Source: an uncultured Gammaproteobacteria bacterium (GTDB lineage Bacteria; Pseudomonadota; Gammaproteobacteria; CAWCPV01). From it: a stretch of 64,000 bases of DNA. A program made the position numbers and the translations under genes. Location: the NCBI GenBank assembly GCA_963797555.1, contig CAWCPV010000003.1, positions 352,001 to 416,000 of the forward strand, written 5' to 3'. The notes beneath the pieces are model-generated. The model was not told the DNA's origin, did not search any database, and worked only from the letters and a program-made list of their open reading frames with translations. Below are positions 19,971 to 31,951 of the stretch, in pieces (positions within the stretch are counted from its first letter, which is position 1; each line of letters starts with the position of its first letter).

Positions 19971-20542
19971 AGCCATGCACTGCAAAGGCAAACCCAGTTG
20001 GGGCGATGTACCGGCCCGCGTCGTCGTTTGACCGGCGACGTGGCGGAGCGACCACCGTCTGTATCGCCTCGCGCTTGGGCACGACGTGACGGACATAGAG
20101 CCAGCACCAAGCTCTCGCGGGCACCACGGTGAAAATCCCTTGGCGCGGCGGACCCGGTGCTGGACGGTAGCGATCCACCGCAGACGGGACCCGGCTCTCC
20201 GCAACCGCTCGCCACGAAAACGCGTCCGCGAGACCAGCGATGTGACAGATGCTGACGACGCCGTGCGGCCGCGTCGGAAGACCGACAGAATCGTAAAACG
20301 GCCCGGCGCCTTCCCCACTTCTTCTCTCACCGATCGATGTGTCGCCCGCGTTGAGGTCATCGCGGCGCTTGAGGGGCTCCACGCTTGATCCGCCGAGCGA
20401 GCCGACCGGCCGCGTGCGCCCGCGGATGCACGCACCCGACGCGCGCGGGAGCATTTTGCGAAGCCGCCCGCCTGTTGTAGTATGCCAGAGGCCGTTATCC
20501 GGCCCCTCAGCAGTCTCGACAACCCATCAGAGGAGAAATGTT

Positions 20543-20899
20543 ATGAACAGATATGGTCTGAGAGCGTTAGCACTCGCTGCCGTCTTCGCCGGCACCGCAT
20601 CCCTCGCCTTGTCCGCCATGGCCCAGCCCCCCGCTCCGATGGGGCCCGGCCCCCGCCCCACGCCTCCCATGACGCGCGGCTTCATGGCGATGGACACGAA
20701 CCACGACGGAAAAATCTCCAAGGAAGAGTTCATGCAGCGATGCGAGGAGCGCTTCAAGCGTTTGGATGCGAACGGGGATGGGTTCATCGAGCCCGATGAG
20801 ATGATGCCCGGCGTGCGCAGGAGAATGCCTGCTCCCGTGACGCCCCCGGCCGCCCCGGCGCAGCCGCCCGCCCCGGCACAGGCTGCGCCCCACGAATAG
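20543..20899 (+). CDS. Exported EF-hand protein
   Basis: Signal peptide; DTNHDGKISKEE and DANGDGFIEPDE; AGAGGAG RBS. Confidence 0.9.
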   Translation: MNRYGLRALALAAVFAGTASLALSAMAQPPAPMGPGPRPTPPMTRGFMAMDTNHDGKISKEEFMQRCEERFKRLDANGDGFIEPDEMMPGVRRRMPAPVTPPAAPAQPPAPAQAAPHE

Positions 20900-21121
20900 C
20901 CGGCGTTCTCACAAGCCCAGGCGGGGGTGGCCGGACGAGAAGCGTCCAGGCGCTCCCGCCATGCGTTCCGTCCAGGTCTCTGCGTCCCGTTGTTTGCGGG
21001 TACCGCCCCCTCGCGCCCGGTCAGCGAGCATACTGGGAAGCTCGCCTTACTATTGGTCCCGCCACCATGTGACGAGTCGCCGGTCCACTTTGTCCGCGTC
21101 TGCAGAAATCTAGGAGCACCG

Positions 21122-22066
21122 ATGGATGGCGAAAGACCGTTCCGAGTGTTTGTGAACCTGGCTATGCCGCTCGATCACGGAGCTGCGGCGGCCGACAAGG
21201 CACAATATCCGATTAGCCGAGAAAGCACCGCACATCTGGTCCGCTACGTGATACCGAACGGCGTTGACGGCGTGGTAATCGGGGACAGAGTCGAGCTGGG
21301 CAGGATGTCCTACGAAGAGCGAGAACTGTACTTTGCCCAGACCATTCAGGCGATAGACGGGGCGGCACCGACCTACCCGCTCGCCAGTTCCAGCTCGGAT
21401 GAAGGCGCAATCCGTCTGGTAAAGCTGGCGGGCCAGGCGGGCGCGACGGGAATCATCGCGTCCTTCCCGGGCACTCTTCCCAACAAAGGCAACCTCGCCG
21501 GGTACTTCCGCAGAATCATCGAGTCGGCAAGCCAGTTCGACCTGGAAGTGTTCCTCGCTGAGGAGCCTCGCGGGGAAAGTATCACTTCCGAGCTTATCGA
21601 TGAGCTGGGATACCGTGGCATTAACGGCATTGTATGGTCTCGTTATGACACCCTTGATCTCGACACGATACGTATCGAAAAGCCTGACCAGTGTCTGATC
21701 TTCGCCAGGAATGACTATGTCGGCCGGGAGCTGGGCAACGATATAGATGGCGTGATCTCGGATCTCGCAAACATCGATCCCATCGGGATCGGCTATTTCT
21801 TCAGGCTGTTGCGGGAAGAAAAACATCTGACGAAAAAGCTGGGGCAGGTGTGGGCGAGATACATGCCCTTGCTGCGGCTTATGAGAAACGACAGGATCAT
21901 GGTCAGAGCTTCTATCGACAACGCTCTCGCTCATACGTTTCCAGAGGGTTTTCCCGTCTTCTCACTGCGTCCCCAGGGCAAGCTGAACCCCGCTCAGGAG
22001 AGGCAGCTTCGATCAGCCCTGGAGCAGCTCAGGGCAATAGAGGACCGGCACCTGTCGGCACATTGA
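21122..22066 (+). CDS. Dihydrodipicolinate synthase-family (DapA-like) protein, catalytically degenerate
   Basis: NGVDGVV...E...MSYEER, AIRL.K.A..AGA.GI, GYFRRI, DGVIS..AN; TAGGAG RBS. Confidence 0.75.
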   Translation: MDGERPFRVFVNLAMPLDHGAAAADKAQYPISRESTAHLVRYVIPNGVDGVVIGDRVELGRMSYEERELYFAQTIQAIDGAAPTYPLASSSSDEGAIRLVKLAGQAGATGIIASFPGTLPNKGNLAGYFRRIIESASQFDLEVFLAEEPRGESITSELIDELGYRGINGIVWSRYDTLDLDTIRIEKPDQCLIFARNDYVGRELGNDIDGVISDLANIDPIGIGYFFRLLREEKHLTKKLGQVWARYMPLLRLMRNDRIMVRASIDNALAHTFPEGFPVFSLRPQGKLNPAQERQLRSALEQLRAIEDRHLSAH

Positions 22067-22273
22067 CCGTTCCCCTCCGCGAAGTCCATTCCCCTCCCGA
22101 CACCAAGTCGATGCATGCCGAGATCGACCGTTCATCGCGATCTGCCAGGCTTCGCACGTCCGCCAGAGGCGAGATGAGGACCTCGATAAGAAGCTCGGAG
22201 CTGACGTCCTCTGAACCCGGAGGGAGCTTGGTGACGGCATGGATCAGAGAGGGCGTCCTGGGGGACATCATCC

Positions 22274-23465
22274 CTAATCCGTTGGGGGCCGAGGCGCAGT
22301 CACGCCCGGTCCTTGCTCGATCAGCCGGCGGTAGAGGTCCAGCATGCGCCGCGCGCAGGCTCCAGCCGACCAGCGCTCGGCATAGCGCCTGCCCGCAGCC
22401 GACAGCTCGCGACGCAGGGCGCCGTCGCAGAGGACTCGCAGGACCTTGTCCGCGAAGTCACCGACGTCTTCCTGGGCGATGACGGCGCCTTCGCCTTCGC
22501 GCAAGACATCCCCGGTACCCATCACGGCCGTTGAGACGACAGGCACCCCCAAGGCCATCGCTTCCAGCAGAACGAGGCCCTGCGTTTCCGTTCGCGAGGC
22601 AAAGACAAAGGCATCGGCGGCACAGTAACAGTCCATGAGGGGACCATTGCGTGAGAGGTAGCCCACGAAGATCGTGTTTTCCTGCAGCCGCAGGTGGGCC
22701 GCTCGCTGCTCCAGAGCCCGCCGTGCGGGGCCTTCCCCCGCGATGATGAGGAGCACCTCCGGCAACGTCTGGCGCACGCGGGTTAGCACGTCCAGCAGAA
22801 AGCCGATGTTCTTCTCGAAGGCAACGCGGCCGATGACAGCGACAGTCGGGCGGTCGGTCCGGATATCGTGCCGACGTTCGAAACTCGGCGCCGTTGCGGG
22901 CACCGAACTGACTGAGATCAATGCCGGTCGGAATCACCTCCAAGTGCGCGGTCCTCACGCCGTAGCTCGCGAGCCGGTCGCGCATGGCTTGGGAGGGCAC
23001 CACAACCGCGTCCGCGCGACTGCACTGTCTTCGCGACAAGCTCCGCACAGCTCGCCGCAGTGCGAAGGCCGGCACGAACGGCGCATAGTGCTGCAGATAT
23101 TCTTCGAAAAGAGTGTGGTACGTCTCGACGACGGGAACCCCCAGCCGCCGCGCCAAGCGGATACCCGCATAATGCGCAATGAACGGCGTCTGTATGTGCA
23201 GGATATCGAAGCGCTGCCGCTCGAGCTGCAAAGCCAACGCTCCGACCGACCGAGCCTGCATCATGCGATCCTCGGGGTCTGCGAAGACGTGCCGGGAGCG
23301 GATGCGAATGACGCCGGCTTCCTTAGCCGGGGATTGTCCGTACTCTGGGGCAATCAGGATGACCTCGTGCCCCTCCTTCTGGAACTCCCGCCGGAACGTC
23401 TGTATCGACGTGGAGACCCCGTTGACGCGGGGAAAATACACATCGGACACCATGAGAATGCGCAC
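22274..23465 (-). CDS. Glycosyltransferase family 4 (frameshift ~22890)
   Basis: MVSDVYFPRVNGVSTSI, TYHTLFEEY, GRVAFEKN, SRTETQGLVLLEAMALG split over two frames. Confidence 0.9.
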
Positions 23466-23823
23466 GAGGGACTCCGTCCGGGGACGCCGGCAGGCTGCTC
23501 TCACCGCCATTCCGCCTGCCGTAGGCCGCTGCGCCGATGGCCAAGGGTTCGTGGCACAGCTCACGGGCGAAGTTGACCTCCGACGCGGCCACCATGGTCC
23601 TGCAGAAGTGTTACAAAATCGTGACGGGGACGATGGCCGCCCGGATATGCGCCCTGACGCCTCCGAACCATGCCCCTGGGTCCATTCGGCTCCCGTCTCG
23701 TCGACGAACGGCTTTGGTGCCGTCCTCGCGGACTCGATGACCCCGACGAGTACGGCTTGGAGCTGGCCGAGCGCACGCCGCCTGTCCTCGACCGCGAGTC
23801 GCGCTCAGCCTCCGCGGTCTGTC

Positions 23824-26112
23824 CTACGTCGCGGCTCTGGCCTCGGCGGCCATCTGCGCGTCGACTACTGCCAGCGCAGTCATATTGACCACGCCGCGCA
23901 CCGTCACCGAGGGCGTGAGCACGTGGGCCGGTAGCGCCACGCCCATGAGGATCGGCCCCACGGCGATGCCCTCGCCCAGCACCTTGACCAGATTGAAGGC
24001 GATGTTGGCGGCATCCAGGGTCGGGATGACCAGCAGGTTCGCCGCCCCCTTCAGGCGCGAATTGGGGAAGATGCGAGCGCGGATTTCCTCGGAGAGCGCG
24101 GCATCGGCGTGCATCTCGCCCTCCGCCTCCAGTTCCGGCGCCCGCTCGCGCAGCAGCGCTAATGCCTCGCGCATGCGCTGGGCCGAGTGCGTCACCCGGC
24201 TGCCGAAGTTGGAGTGGGAAAGCAGCGCCACCTTTGGCTCGATGCCGAAACGGCGCACCTCCTCGGCGGCGAGCAGCGTGGCCTCTGCCACCTGCTCGGC
24301 GCTGGGCTCGGGGCTGACGTAGGTGTCGCATAGGAAATAGGTGCCCTTGTCGAGGATGAGCATGTTCATCGCCGCCGGCACCCGGCAGCCAGGGCGCAGG
24401 CCAATGACATCGAGCACGTGCTGCAGGTGCTTCTCGTAACGCCCCGTCGTGCCGCAAATCATGGCATCGGCCTCGCCGCGACGTACCATCAGCGCGGCGA
24501 TGACCGTGTTGCGCGTATGCACCACCGTGCGGGCGTAGTCCGGGGACACGCCGTTGCGCTCCATGAGGCCGTGGTACAGGCGCCAGTACTCGGGGTAGCG
24601 AGGATCGTCCTGGGGGTCGACGAGATCGACGTCCTCGCCGAGGCGCAGCCGCAGTTCGAGCTCGACCAAGCGCTTGGCCACCACCTCGCGCCGGCCGACC
24701 AGGACGGGCCGCGCCAGAGCGTCGTCGAGGGCCACCTGCACCGCCTGCAGCACGCGCCGCTCCTCGCCCTCGGCGAACACAATGCGTTTCGGATCGCGGC
24801 GGGCGCGGTAGAACACCGGCTTCATGACGAGCCCGGAACGGAAGACGAACTGGTTGAGCCGTTCCCGATAGGCACCGAAATCGGCGATCGGGCGTGTCGC
24901 CACGCCGCTATCCATGGCTGCTTTGGCGACGGCAGGGGCGAGCTTGAGGATGAGGCGCGGGTCGAACGGCTTGGGGATAATGTAGTCCGGGCCGAAATGC
25001 AGGCTCTGCTCTCCGTAGGCCGCCTGCACCCGCTCGTCGGGCTCTGCCAATGCCAGCTCGGCGAGGGCGCGCACGGCAGCGAGCTTCATCTGCTCGTTGA
25101 TTGTCGTGGCGCCCACATCGAGGGCGCCCCGGAACATGTAGGGAAAGCACAGGACATTGTTGACCTGGTTGGGGTAATCCGAGCGCCCGCTGGCGATGAT
25201 GGCGTCGGGGCGCGCGGCGCGCGCCTGCTCGGGCAGGATCTCCGGCACCGGGTTAGCGAGCGCCAGGATCAGCGGCCGCCCGGCCATCGCCGTCACCATC
25301 GGCGGCTCGAGCACGCGCGGCCCCGAAAGACCGAGAAACACATCGGCGCCGACCATTGCCTCGGCCAGCGTGCGCGCCCGCGTGTCTTGGGCGTACCGCT
25401 CCTTGTAGCGGTCCATGCGCTCGGTGCGGCCCAGGTAGATGACGCCGGCGAGGTCGGTGGCGGTGATGTTTTCCTTACGCACGCCCAGGTTCACCAGCAG
25501 GTCGAGGCAGGCGAGCGCCGCCGCCCCTGCCCCGGCGGTAACCACTTTGACTTGGTCGATAGCCTTGCCGACCAGGCGCAGCCCATTGAGCACAGCAGCA
25601 CCGACGATGATGGCAGTGCCGTGCTGGTCGTCGTGAAACACCGGGATGCGCATGCGCTCGCGCAGGCAGCGCTCGACTTCGAAGCACTCAGGGGCCTTGA
25701 TGTCCTCGAGGTTGATGCCCCCGAAGGTTGGCTCCAGCGCCGCGACGATGTCGACCAGGCGCTGCGGGTCGGTCTCGGCGATCTCGATGTCGAACACGTC
25801 GATGCCGGCGAATTTCTTGAACAGGACAGCCTTGCCCTCCATCACCGGCTTCGCGGCGAGCGGACCGATGGCTCCGAGGCCCAGAACCGCGGTGCCGTTG
25901 GTCACCACCGCCACGAGGTTGCCGCGCGCTGTGAGGCCCGAAACCTCGGCGGGATCGGCCGCAATGACCTCGCAGGCGGCTGCAACGCCCGGGGAATAGG
26001 CGAGCGCCAAGTCCCGCTGGGTGGCCAGCGGTTTCGTCGCCACCACACCGATCTTGCCCGGCGTCGGGAAACGGTGGTACTCAAGCGCGCTGTCGCGCAA
26101 CTCGTCGGGCAT
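23824..26112 (-). CDS. maeB: NADP-dependent malic enzyme with PTA-like domain
   Basis: [63 protein letters not shown]. Confidence 0.97.
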   Translation of the reverse strand: MPDELRDSALEYHRFPTPGKIGVVATKPLATQRDLALAYSPGVAAACEVIAADPAEVSGLTARGNLVAVVTNGTAVLGLGAIGPLAAKPVMEGKAVLFKKFAGIDVFDIEIAETDPQRLVDIVAALEPTFGGINLEDIKAPECFEVERCLRERMRIPVFHDDQHGTAIIVGAAVLNGLRLVGKAIDQVKVVTAGAGAAALACLDLLVNLGVRKENITATDLAGVIYLGRTERMDRYKERYAQDTRARTLAEAMVGADVFLGLSGPRVLEPPMVTAMAGRPLILALANPVPEILPEQARAARPDAIIASGRSDYPNQVNNVLCFPYMFRGALDVGATTINEQMKLAAVRALAELALAEPDERVQAAYGEQSLHFGPDYIIPKPFDPRLILKLAPAVAKAAMDSGVATRPIADFGAYRERLNQFVFRSGLVMKPVFYRARRDPKRIVFAEGEERRVLQAVQVALDDALARPVLVGRREVVAKRLVELELRLRLGEDVDLVDPQDDPRYPEYWRLYHGLMERNGVSPDYARTVVHTRNTVIAALMVRRGEADAMICGTTGRYEKHLQHVLDVIGLRPGCRVPAAMNMLILDKGTYFLCDTYVSPEPSAEQVAEATLLAAEEVRRFGIEPKVALLSHSNFGSRVTHSAQRMREALALLRERAPELEAEGEMHADAALSEEIRARIFPNSRLKGAANLLVIPTLDAANIAFNLVKVLGEGIAVGPILMGVALPAHVLTPSVTVRGVVNMTALAVVDAQMAAEARAAT

Positions 26113-26507
26113 TCGTTGCTCCCGGCCAATGCGTTCCGGCCGCCACGGGCGCGCCGCGGACGAATCCGTCATCCTGGGGATAAGGGATGACAGGGCCAAC
26201 CCCGCTACCAATGCTGAATCTTCGGGCTGAGGAGGCAGACCCGTCAAGCTCCCGCTCGGCGGGAGGATGCAGGACCGCAGCGTCGGCAACGACCGGTGGC
26301 CGCTTCCGCTGGCAGGCCGGTCCCCGCTTCTATCGGACGAAGATCCGGCGGAGACGTACAGACCACCGCCTGGAGCTGGTTGCGTCGCACACCCACTCAG
26401 CGGGCCTGTTGGCAGCAAGGCCGACAGGGCAACCGACGTGGACCGCACACGCCCGACCGTGCCGCCATAGAGCCTGAACTGCACTGCCCTGCTCTACAGG
26501 CGCGCGA

Positions 26508-26538
26508 GGGGGCGGAGTGTCGCTCTAGTCGCGCCGCA
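26508..26538 (+). repeat. 31-bp direct repeat, left boundary (att-like) of island
   Basis: GGGGGCGGAGTGTCGCTCTAGTCGCGCCGCA identical to 41884-41914. Confidence 0.9.
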
Positions 26539-26869
26539 CGTCGTGCTGCACTCCTTCGGCCATCTCTCTCAGAGTAAAGCGCGGCCAACTTTCGGCGCCG
26601 CCTTTCTGGAAGACCTCGCCGAAAGGGTACGGGCAAGCGGCTTCGCCGCCTGCCTGACCCCGTTCGGTTACACTTGCGAGTGGGAGCTGTGCGTGTTCGG
26701 AAAGTCCATAGCCAAAGTTTTCAAGGCGCTCTGAGCAACTCCCTCCTCGGCACATCGCGCTGACAGCGCTGGCACCGTTACGGTGCGCGCTGAGGCTTCA
26801 AGAAGCATGATGACGAAGGCTGTTACACAGCCCGTCTCTATGCATCGCAGGCAGTAGGGCGCGTGATAT

Positions 26870-27007
26870 GGGATACTGGCGCACGTGCTGCTGGTGAGCG
26901 GGCTGTGCGCGTGGGGGGCCCGCACGGGGCTGCTTTAGCGGCGGCGGACGCGGCGTCACTATAACCTGTACGTCATGAGCTTTGCGTTTCGGCTGGAGGC
27001 GCCGTGA
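26870..27007 (+). pseudogene. Remnant of 3' end of the membrane-protein gene (paralog of ~32660-32801)
   Basis: GCGTCACTATAACCTGTACGTCATGAGCTTTGCG..TCGGCTGGAGGCG.CGTGAGGCGCTA shared with 32745-32810. Confidence 0.8.
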
Positions 27008-28617
27008 GGCGCTACGCCTTGCTGGTGGGGGTCGATGCCTATGCAGATCGCACCATCCCGCCGCTGCGTTTTGCCGAGCGCGATGCGCAGGCGCTGGCGC
27101 GGGTGCTCGCCGAGCGGTACGGATTCGAGGTTCGGTGCCTGGTGGGGGAGCAGGCGCGGCGCGAGGTGATTATCAAGGTATTACGGACAGGGCGACTCTC
27201 GGAGAGTGTCGCTCCCATGGAGTCCAGCGATCAGTTTCTGTTCTTCTTCGCCGGGCACGGCGAGCTGGTGGGTAGCGACTATATTCTGCATCCATGGGAT
27301 GGCGATGCGGGGATCGACTTGCAGTCGATCACCATGAAGGCGATCCGCCGTCTACTGGGCCGCGACGTGCCGTGCGGGGAGTGCATGTGCATCCTGGATG
27401 CCTGCCGCAATCTGGCGCCGGCGGGGGCGCGGGGCGGACAGGCGCTCGACGCGCAGTCGGCGCGCGATATTGCGGCGGTGCCGCAGGCGGCGCCGGGCAA
27501 GCTCATCGAAGTGCTCTACGGCTGCCAGGAGGGGGGCCGCAGTTGGGAGGATGAGCGGCTCGGGCATGGGGTACTGAGCTACCATCTGCAGCAGGTGCTG
27601 GAGGGTTCCCCGCCGGGATCGTTCGAGGAACTGGCCGACCAGGTGAGCGATGCCATGAGCGGCTGGCGCCACGGGCAGTTCCAGCGGGTCGGGCAGGTGC
27701 CGCATCTCTACCCCCGACCCGGCCCTGGATTTCCCACAGCGCCTCACCCGTGCCCATATCGAACAGCGCCACCGACCCCCCCGACAATCACGCGGTCCTC
27801 CGCGGTCAGGATTACCTGCCGGATGACGCCCCGTCCAAACTGCCGCACCATACCTTGTTCGACAAGGCCCGGCGAGACCCACACCCGCGGCCGGATCACC
27901 ACCTCCAGGCGGATACGCCGCCGTGTGGGCCGACGGGCTGCGCGGTGAGCCCCGACGGTACGCTGGTGGCGGTGGGTGAAGGTACGGAGGTGCAGCTTTG
28001 GCATCCGGCCCGCGGCGAGCTGACGGCGCGCCTTCGGGGGCACCACGGCGGGGTGGAGAGTGTCGCCTTCAGCCCCGACGGACGGCTCGTGGCATCGGGC
28101 AGTTATGATCACACGGTGCGGCTGTGGGAGGTGGCAAGCGGCAAGGAGCCGAAGTGCCTTCACGGGCACGATGACTCAGTGGGGAGCATCGCCTTCAGCC
28201 CGGGTAAAGAGTGTGGCCGTCAGCCCCGACGGGCGGTGGCTCGCCTGGGCCGGGTACAGGACCGTGCGGCTGTGGGACTTGGCCAACGGCAGGGAGCTGA
28301 AGCGCCTTCAGGGGTATGACGGCTTGGTGGATAGTGTCGCCTTCAGCCCCGATGGGCGGCTGCTGGCCTTGGGCGGGCCTGACTGGACGGTGCGGCTGTA
28401 CGAGATAGCCAGCGGGAAGGAGCTGAAGCGCCTGCAGGGGCACGGTGGCGCGATCAGGAGGATAGCCATGAGCCTGGACGGGCGGCTGATGGCTTCGGGT
28501 AGCTACGACGGCACCATTCGGCTCTGGAAGACGGAGATCGCCAGCAGCGTGACGAAAGGGACCGCGGCTGAAGCGCAAGACGCTGCCGCGGCAGGGTTAG
28601 GCCAGAGTCCGCGCTAA
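27004..28617 (+). pseudogene. Caspase (peptidase C14)-WD40 protein, copy 1; interrupted by internal inversion and a frameshift
   Basis: FFAGHG and ILDACR dyad; WD40 repeats 27940-28530; 27712-27935 matches copy 2 on the opposite strand. Confidence 0.85.
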
Positions 28618-28618
28618 C

Positions 28619-28822
28619 ATGGATTGGCTGAAGTGGCTGGAGCTTCTTATCTGGACGATCCTTGTCCTCGGTATCCTGCGATGGGTATGCGACCGGCTGA
28701 TAGGCAGCGAAGCCTGCGACCAGACGGTCGGGCAGCTCGCTGCCGACTTCATCAAGTTCGTTCTGTTGGTCCCTTTCCGGCTGCTGCGCTGGATATTGCG
28801 TCAAGCAAGAAACGACAGGTGA
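28619..28822 (+). CDS. Small two-helix membrane protein
   Basis: ATG directly after copy-1 stop; hydrophobic; GTGA-coupled to next gene. Confidence 0.6.
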   Translation: MDWLKWLELLIWTILVLGILRWVCDRLIGSEACDQTVGQLAADFIKFVLLVPFRLLRWILRQARNDR

Positions 28823-30150
28823 GTTCGGTGCCCGACGAGTTCGAATCCAGGTACGTACGGCTGCTTGCCGAAAGAGGCCGCGACGTCGAGGGGAGACCGA
28901 TCGGTGCCGGCACGCCGGTAGTGGCACATCCTGTGGCTCCCGATGAATTCATGCAGGACACCCCGGAGACCCGCGCGACATTCGTGGAGAAGGGTTACGC
29001 CTGGACGTCGGCGACGCTCGAGCGCGTGATCGCGCAGGCCATCAGCCAAGACCACGAACTCGAGGACGTCTTGGATAACGCACAGGGAGCCAAGCAAGAG
29101 TTCGTCGGCAACATCGACGCCAATCTCGCGGGCGCCAAGGGGCAGCCGTTTCCGGAGTCGCACGTTTCTCTGTGGTCCTACGTGCTGCCATGGCAGCCGG
29201 AGATTACCTCTGTGGTCTCGCTGGGCACCCTGACGGAAACCGTGCTGCACGGGACGTGCAAAGAGCTGTGCGTCCCGGTCCAGGTGGAGCGCGCGGGCGT
29301 TTTCGCCGCAAGCATCACAAAGACGAACGAGGTGAGAATCTACGGGGTTCGGGGGGGGCGGGGCCTGTGGGTGCATGTCGTTTCGGGATTTGTGACACCG
29401 CTAACCTACCTGAGCGGGGGCAGAATCGGCGTGAAAGCGCCGGACGCGGCGGTCGTCGAAGTGTTGCGTGACAGCTATCTCGCGTGGGCGAAGGCTCGCC
29501 CGCCTCGTGGAAGGCACCCGCAGTACACTTACTTCACTCTCGGGAGCCTGCTGCACGGGGATTCGCAGACGATGGGAAGCCGAAGCGGGCGGGACTGCGT
29601 ACTCTATTCTTACTATCATAGGGGAGGCGAGTGGGCACCCGGTAACCCGCCGTCGACTTCCGAACCCCCTTCGGTGCAGGATTTCATCGACCGTCTCCTG
29701 CCAGAGACCGCGGACCGTCGAACGTCCAAGATCAAGGCGCTCATCGACACGCAAATCGGAGAGCAGTGGGGCAGCGTCACCGTGAACAAGGTGGCACGGG
29801 CGACCGGGTACCTCCCCAGAGCCGTCCGTAATGCGCTGCTGCGTCTGCAGCGGGAGGGGCCCTATCACCTGTACATGGCCGGAAGGGAACTGGCGGTCCG
29901 CGCGGCGGTGCCGGGCGAACGGGCTGACATCACAGAGAACACGTTCGAGCGTGGGTGGCTGCGTAGTCATGCCTGGTCCATGCTAAGCATGGCGCTAGGC
30001 GTCGGTGCTTGGGCCCTCAAGGGCATCTTCATGGGCGTCGGGATTCACGCCTATGACCTAGTGCTCGTGGGGGCCGTTGTTTACGTTGCGAACCTTATCG
30101 GTTTGGCGGTCAAGCAACGGGCATTGGATGACCGGGAGCGTGCGTCATGA
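28819..30150 (+). CDS. Hypothetical protein with possible winged-helix region and two C-terminal TM helices
   Basis: Long ORF coupled at both ends (GTGA/ATGA); VTVNKVARATGYLPRAVRNALLRL; hydrophobic C-terminus. Confidence 0.75.
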   Translation: MSSVPDEFESRYVRLLAERGRDVEGRPIGAGTPVVAHPVAPDEFMQDTPETRATFVEKGYAWTSATLERVIAQAISQDHELEDVLDNAQGAKQEFVGNIDANLAGAKGQPFPESHVSLWSYVLPWQPEITSVVSLGTLTETVLHGTCKELCVPVQVERAGVFAASITKTNEVRIYGVRGGRGLWVHVVSGFVTPLTYLSGGRIGVKAPDAAVVEVLRDSYLAWAKARPPRGRHPQYTYFTLGSLLHGDSQTMGSRSGRDCVLYSYYHRGGEWAPGNPPSTSEPPSVQDFIDRLLPETADRRTSKIKALIDTQIGEQWGSVTVNKVARATGYLPRAVRNALLRLQREGPYHLYMAGRELAVRAAVPGERADITENTFERGWLRSHAWSMLSMALGVGAWALKGIFMGVGIHAYDLVLVGAVVYVANLIGLAVKQRALDDRERAS

Positions 30151-30765
30151 GCAGACATGGGCTCGGCGAGCAACTGTACGTGCTGATCGGGAAGCTGGGT
30201 CAATGGCTCAGGCTCCGGCCTGCGGAGATGGATCGGCTCATGCGTCTCCGTGCTCGGGTGACGGAATCGCTGGCCGCAAATCAGGATCGGCTCGACGTGC
30301 TCAAAGAGGAGATAAGCAGCATCGAGAAGCGGCTGTTACGTCTAAAGGGTGATCTGAGATCGCGCCCGCGGTGAGACCAAGGAAATCATCGGGCGCGAGG
30401 TCGCGCTGTCGTTCCAGTCCCTTGATGGTACGCGCCCTCGACAGGACATCATTATCCAGAATATTGCGGCGCTCACGGCGACCCTGCGCAAGATCGACGA
30501 AGCCATCGATGCGCAGCACCGTGGGGTGAGCGAGTTGGACCTGGACGACCTGAGTTTCGAGGTCGAAGACCGCTTCGTCGAGGTCCAGCGCCGCGACGTT
30601 GCGCTGCGCGATCTCATCAAGGTTCGGTATTCCCCGCCTGCCGCAGAGGCTCTCAACGTCGCCGGTCGGCTTGCCGAACTGGAGGGCGCCGAGACGAACA
30701 GTGTTCCCGAAGGATTGTCCGCCGCCACGCAGAAGAGGCTTCGCGAACTGGATGCGGAGGATTAG
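30147..30765 (+). CDS. Coiled-coil protein, PspA/Snf7 (ESCRT-III)-like (frameshift ~30355)
   Basis: Joined frames give ~205 aa all-helical protein: helical hairpin, acidic ELDLDDLSFEVEDRF, terminal ..QKRLRELDAED. Confidence 0.55.
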
Positions 30766-30908
30766 GGTGATCGTGGTGCAGCTACCCAATGAATCGTGGG
30801 GGGCCGGACCCCGGTACTCGACTCCGTGTCGCGCGAGGGGTCCAAGCGCAGACAGCGTGATTCAGTTCCGGGGCCGCGTCGTGCGCGGGCTATGCGAGGA
30901 GATCGAGA

Positions 30909-31938
30909 ATGACCTTCTTTGACCTTTTCAAGTCTCAAAAAGATCGGGACCGGGACAGGGAGAAGCGTGGAACGTTATCTCGAAGATGCGTACGGACTCA
31001 TCGAGATAGCCGAAGAGCTCCGGGTCAAGGCTCGCGCCAAGCCGGCGCTGGTCCACGAAACCCATTACGCGGACGACGAGTCGTCCTCGCGCTGGGTGAT
31101 CGAGCAAAGACCCGAAACGAGGCTGGATGACGTCGCCGGATTGGAAGAAGTCAAAGAGGTCGTGCGCGATACGATCATCCTTCCCCTGCGCAAACCGGAT
31201 GTCTACGAGCGTTTTCGCGTGAGACCGGGCGGCGGTGTTCTCATGTATGGACCGCCGGGGAACGGAAAGACCTATATTGCCCGGGCTATCGCCGGTGAGC
31301 TGGACGCAGCCTTCATTGCCGTCGACCTTGCCGCCGTGAAGAGCAAATACGTCGGGGACACGGCCAAGAACCTGAGGAGCATTTTCGACGAAGCTCTCCG
31401 GCACGACAGCGCGGTCATCTTCCTCGACGAGGTGGACGCCCTGTTGTCTCGCCGGGGTAACCGTCGGGTCGATTCTGTACCCCAGTTCCTCATGCTGACC
31501 GACGGGCTGGTCAAGACCGAGCGGTGTTTGTTGCTGCTCGGAGCGACCAACCAGCCATGGACCCTGGACGATGCCGTCCTCCGTCCGGGGCGCCTGGGTA
31601 TCCATCTCTATGTCGGGCCGCCTGACGCCGAGGCGAGAGAGGGAATCCTTGCCATTCACATGAGGGGGGCTCCGATGGCGGAGGACGTGTCCTTTCCCGA
31701 TATTGCCTCCAAGACCGAAGGGTACAGTGGCGCCGACGTTGCTGCGGTGTGTCACTCCGCCAAGATGATGGCAATCAAGCGGCAGATCGCTACCGGCAAC
31801 GACGAGCAGGTCACTCAGACCGATCTCCTCAAAGCTCTGGAAGTCATTGCCCCAAGCACGTCTCCCGCCTTGCTCGAGGATTTCGAGCGCTGGCGGAAAC
31901 TGCGTGCCCGGCCCAGTGAGGACGACGAGCAGGACTGA
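30909..31938 (+). CDS. Vps4/CDC48-type classical AAA+ ATPase (N-terminus frameshifted or partly deleted)
   Basis: LDDVAGLEEVK, YGPPGNGKT, SKYVG, IFLDEVD, GATNQPW.LD.AVLRPGR, TEGYSGADV. Confidence 0.9.
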
Positions 31939-31951
31939 CGGTTCGGGGCAC

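Noticed and set aside
24418-26190. Long opposite-strand or alternate-frame ORFs over maeB (also over ISL3, uvrC, the oxidoreductase and IS1380)
   Set aside because: Typical high-GC shadow ORFs overlapping well-supported genes
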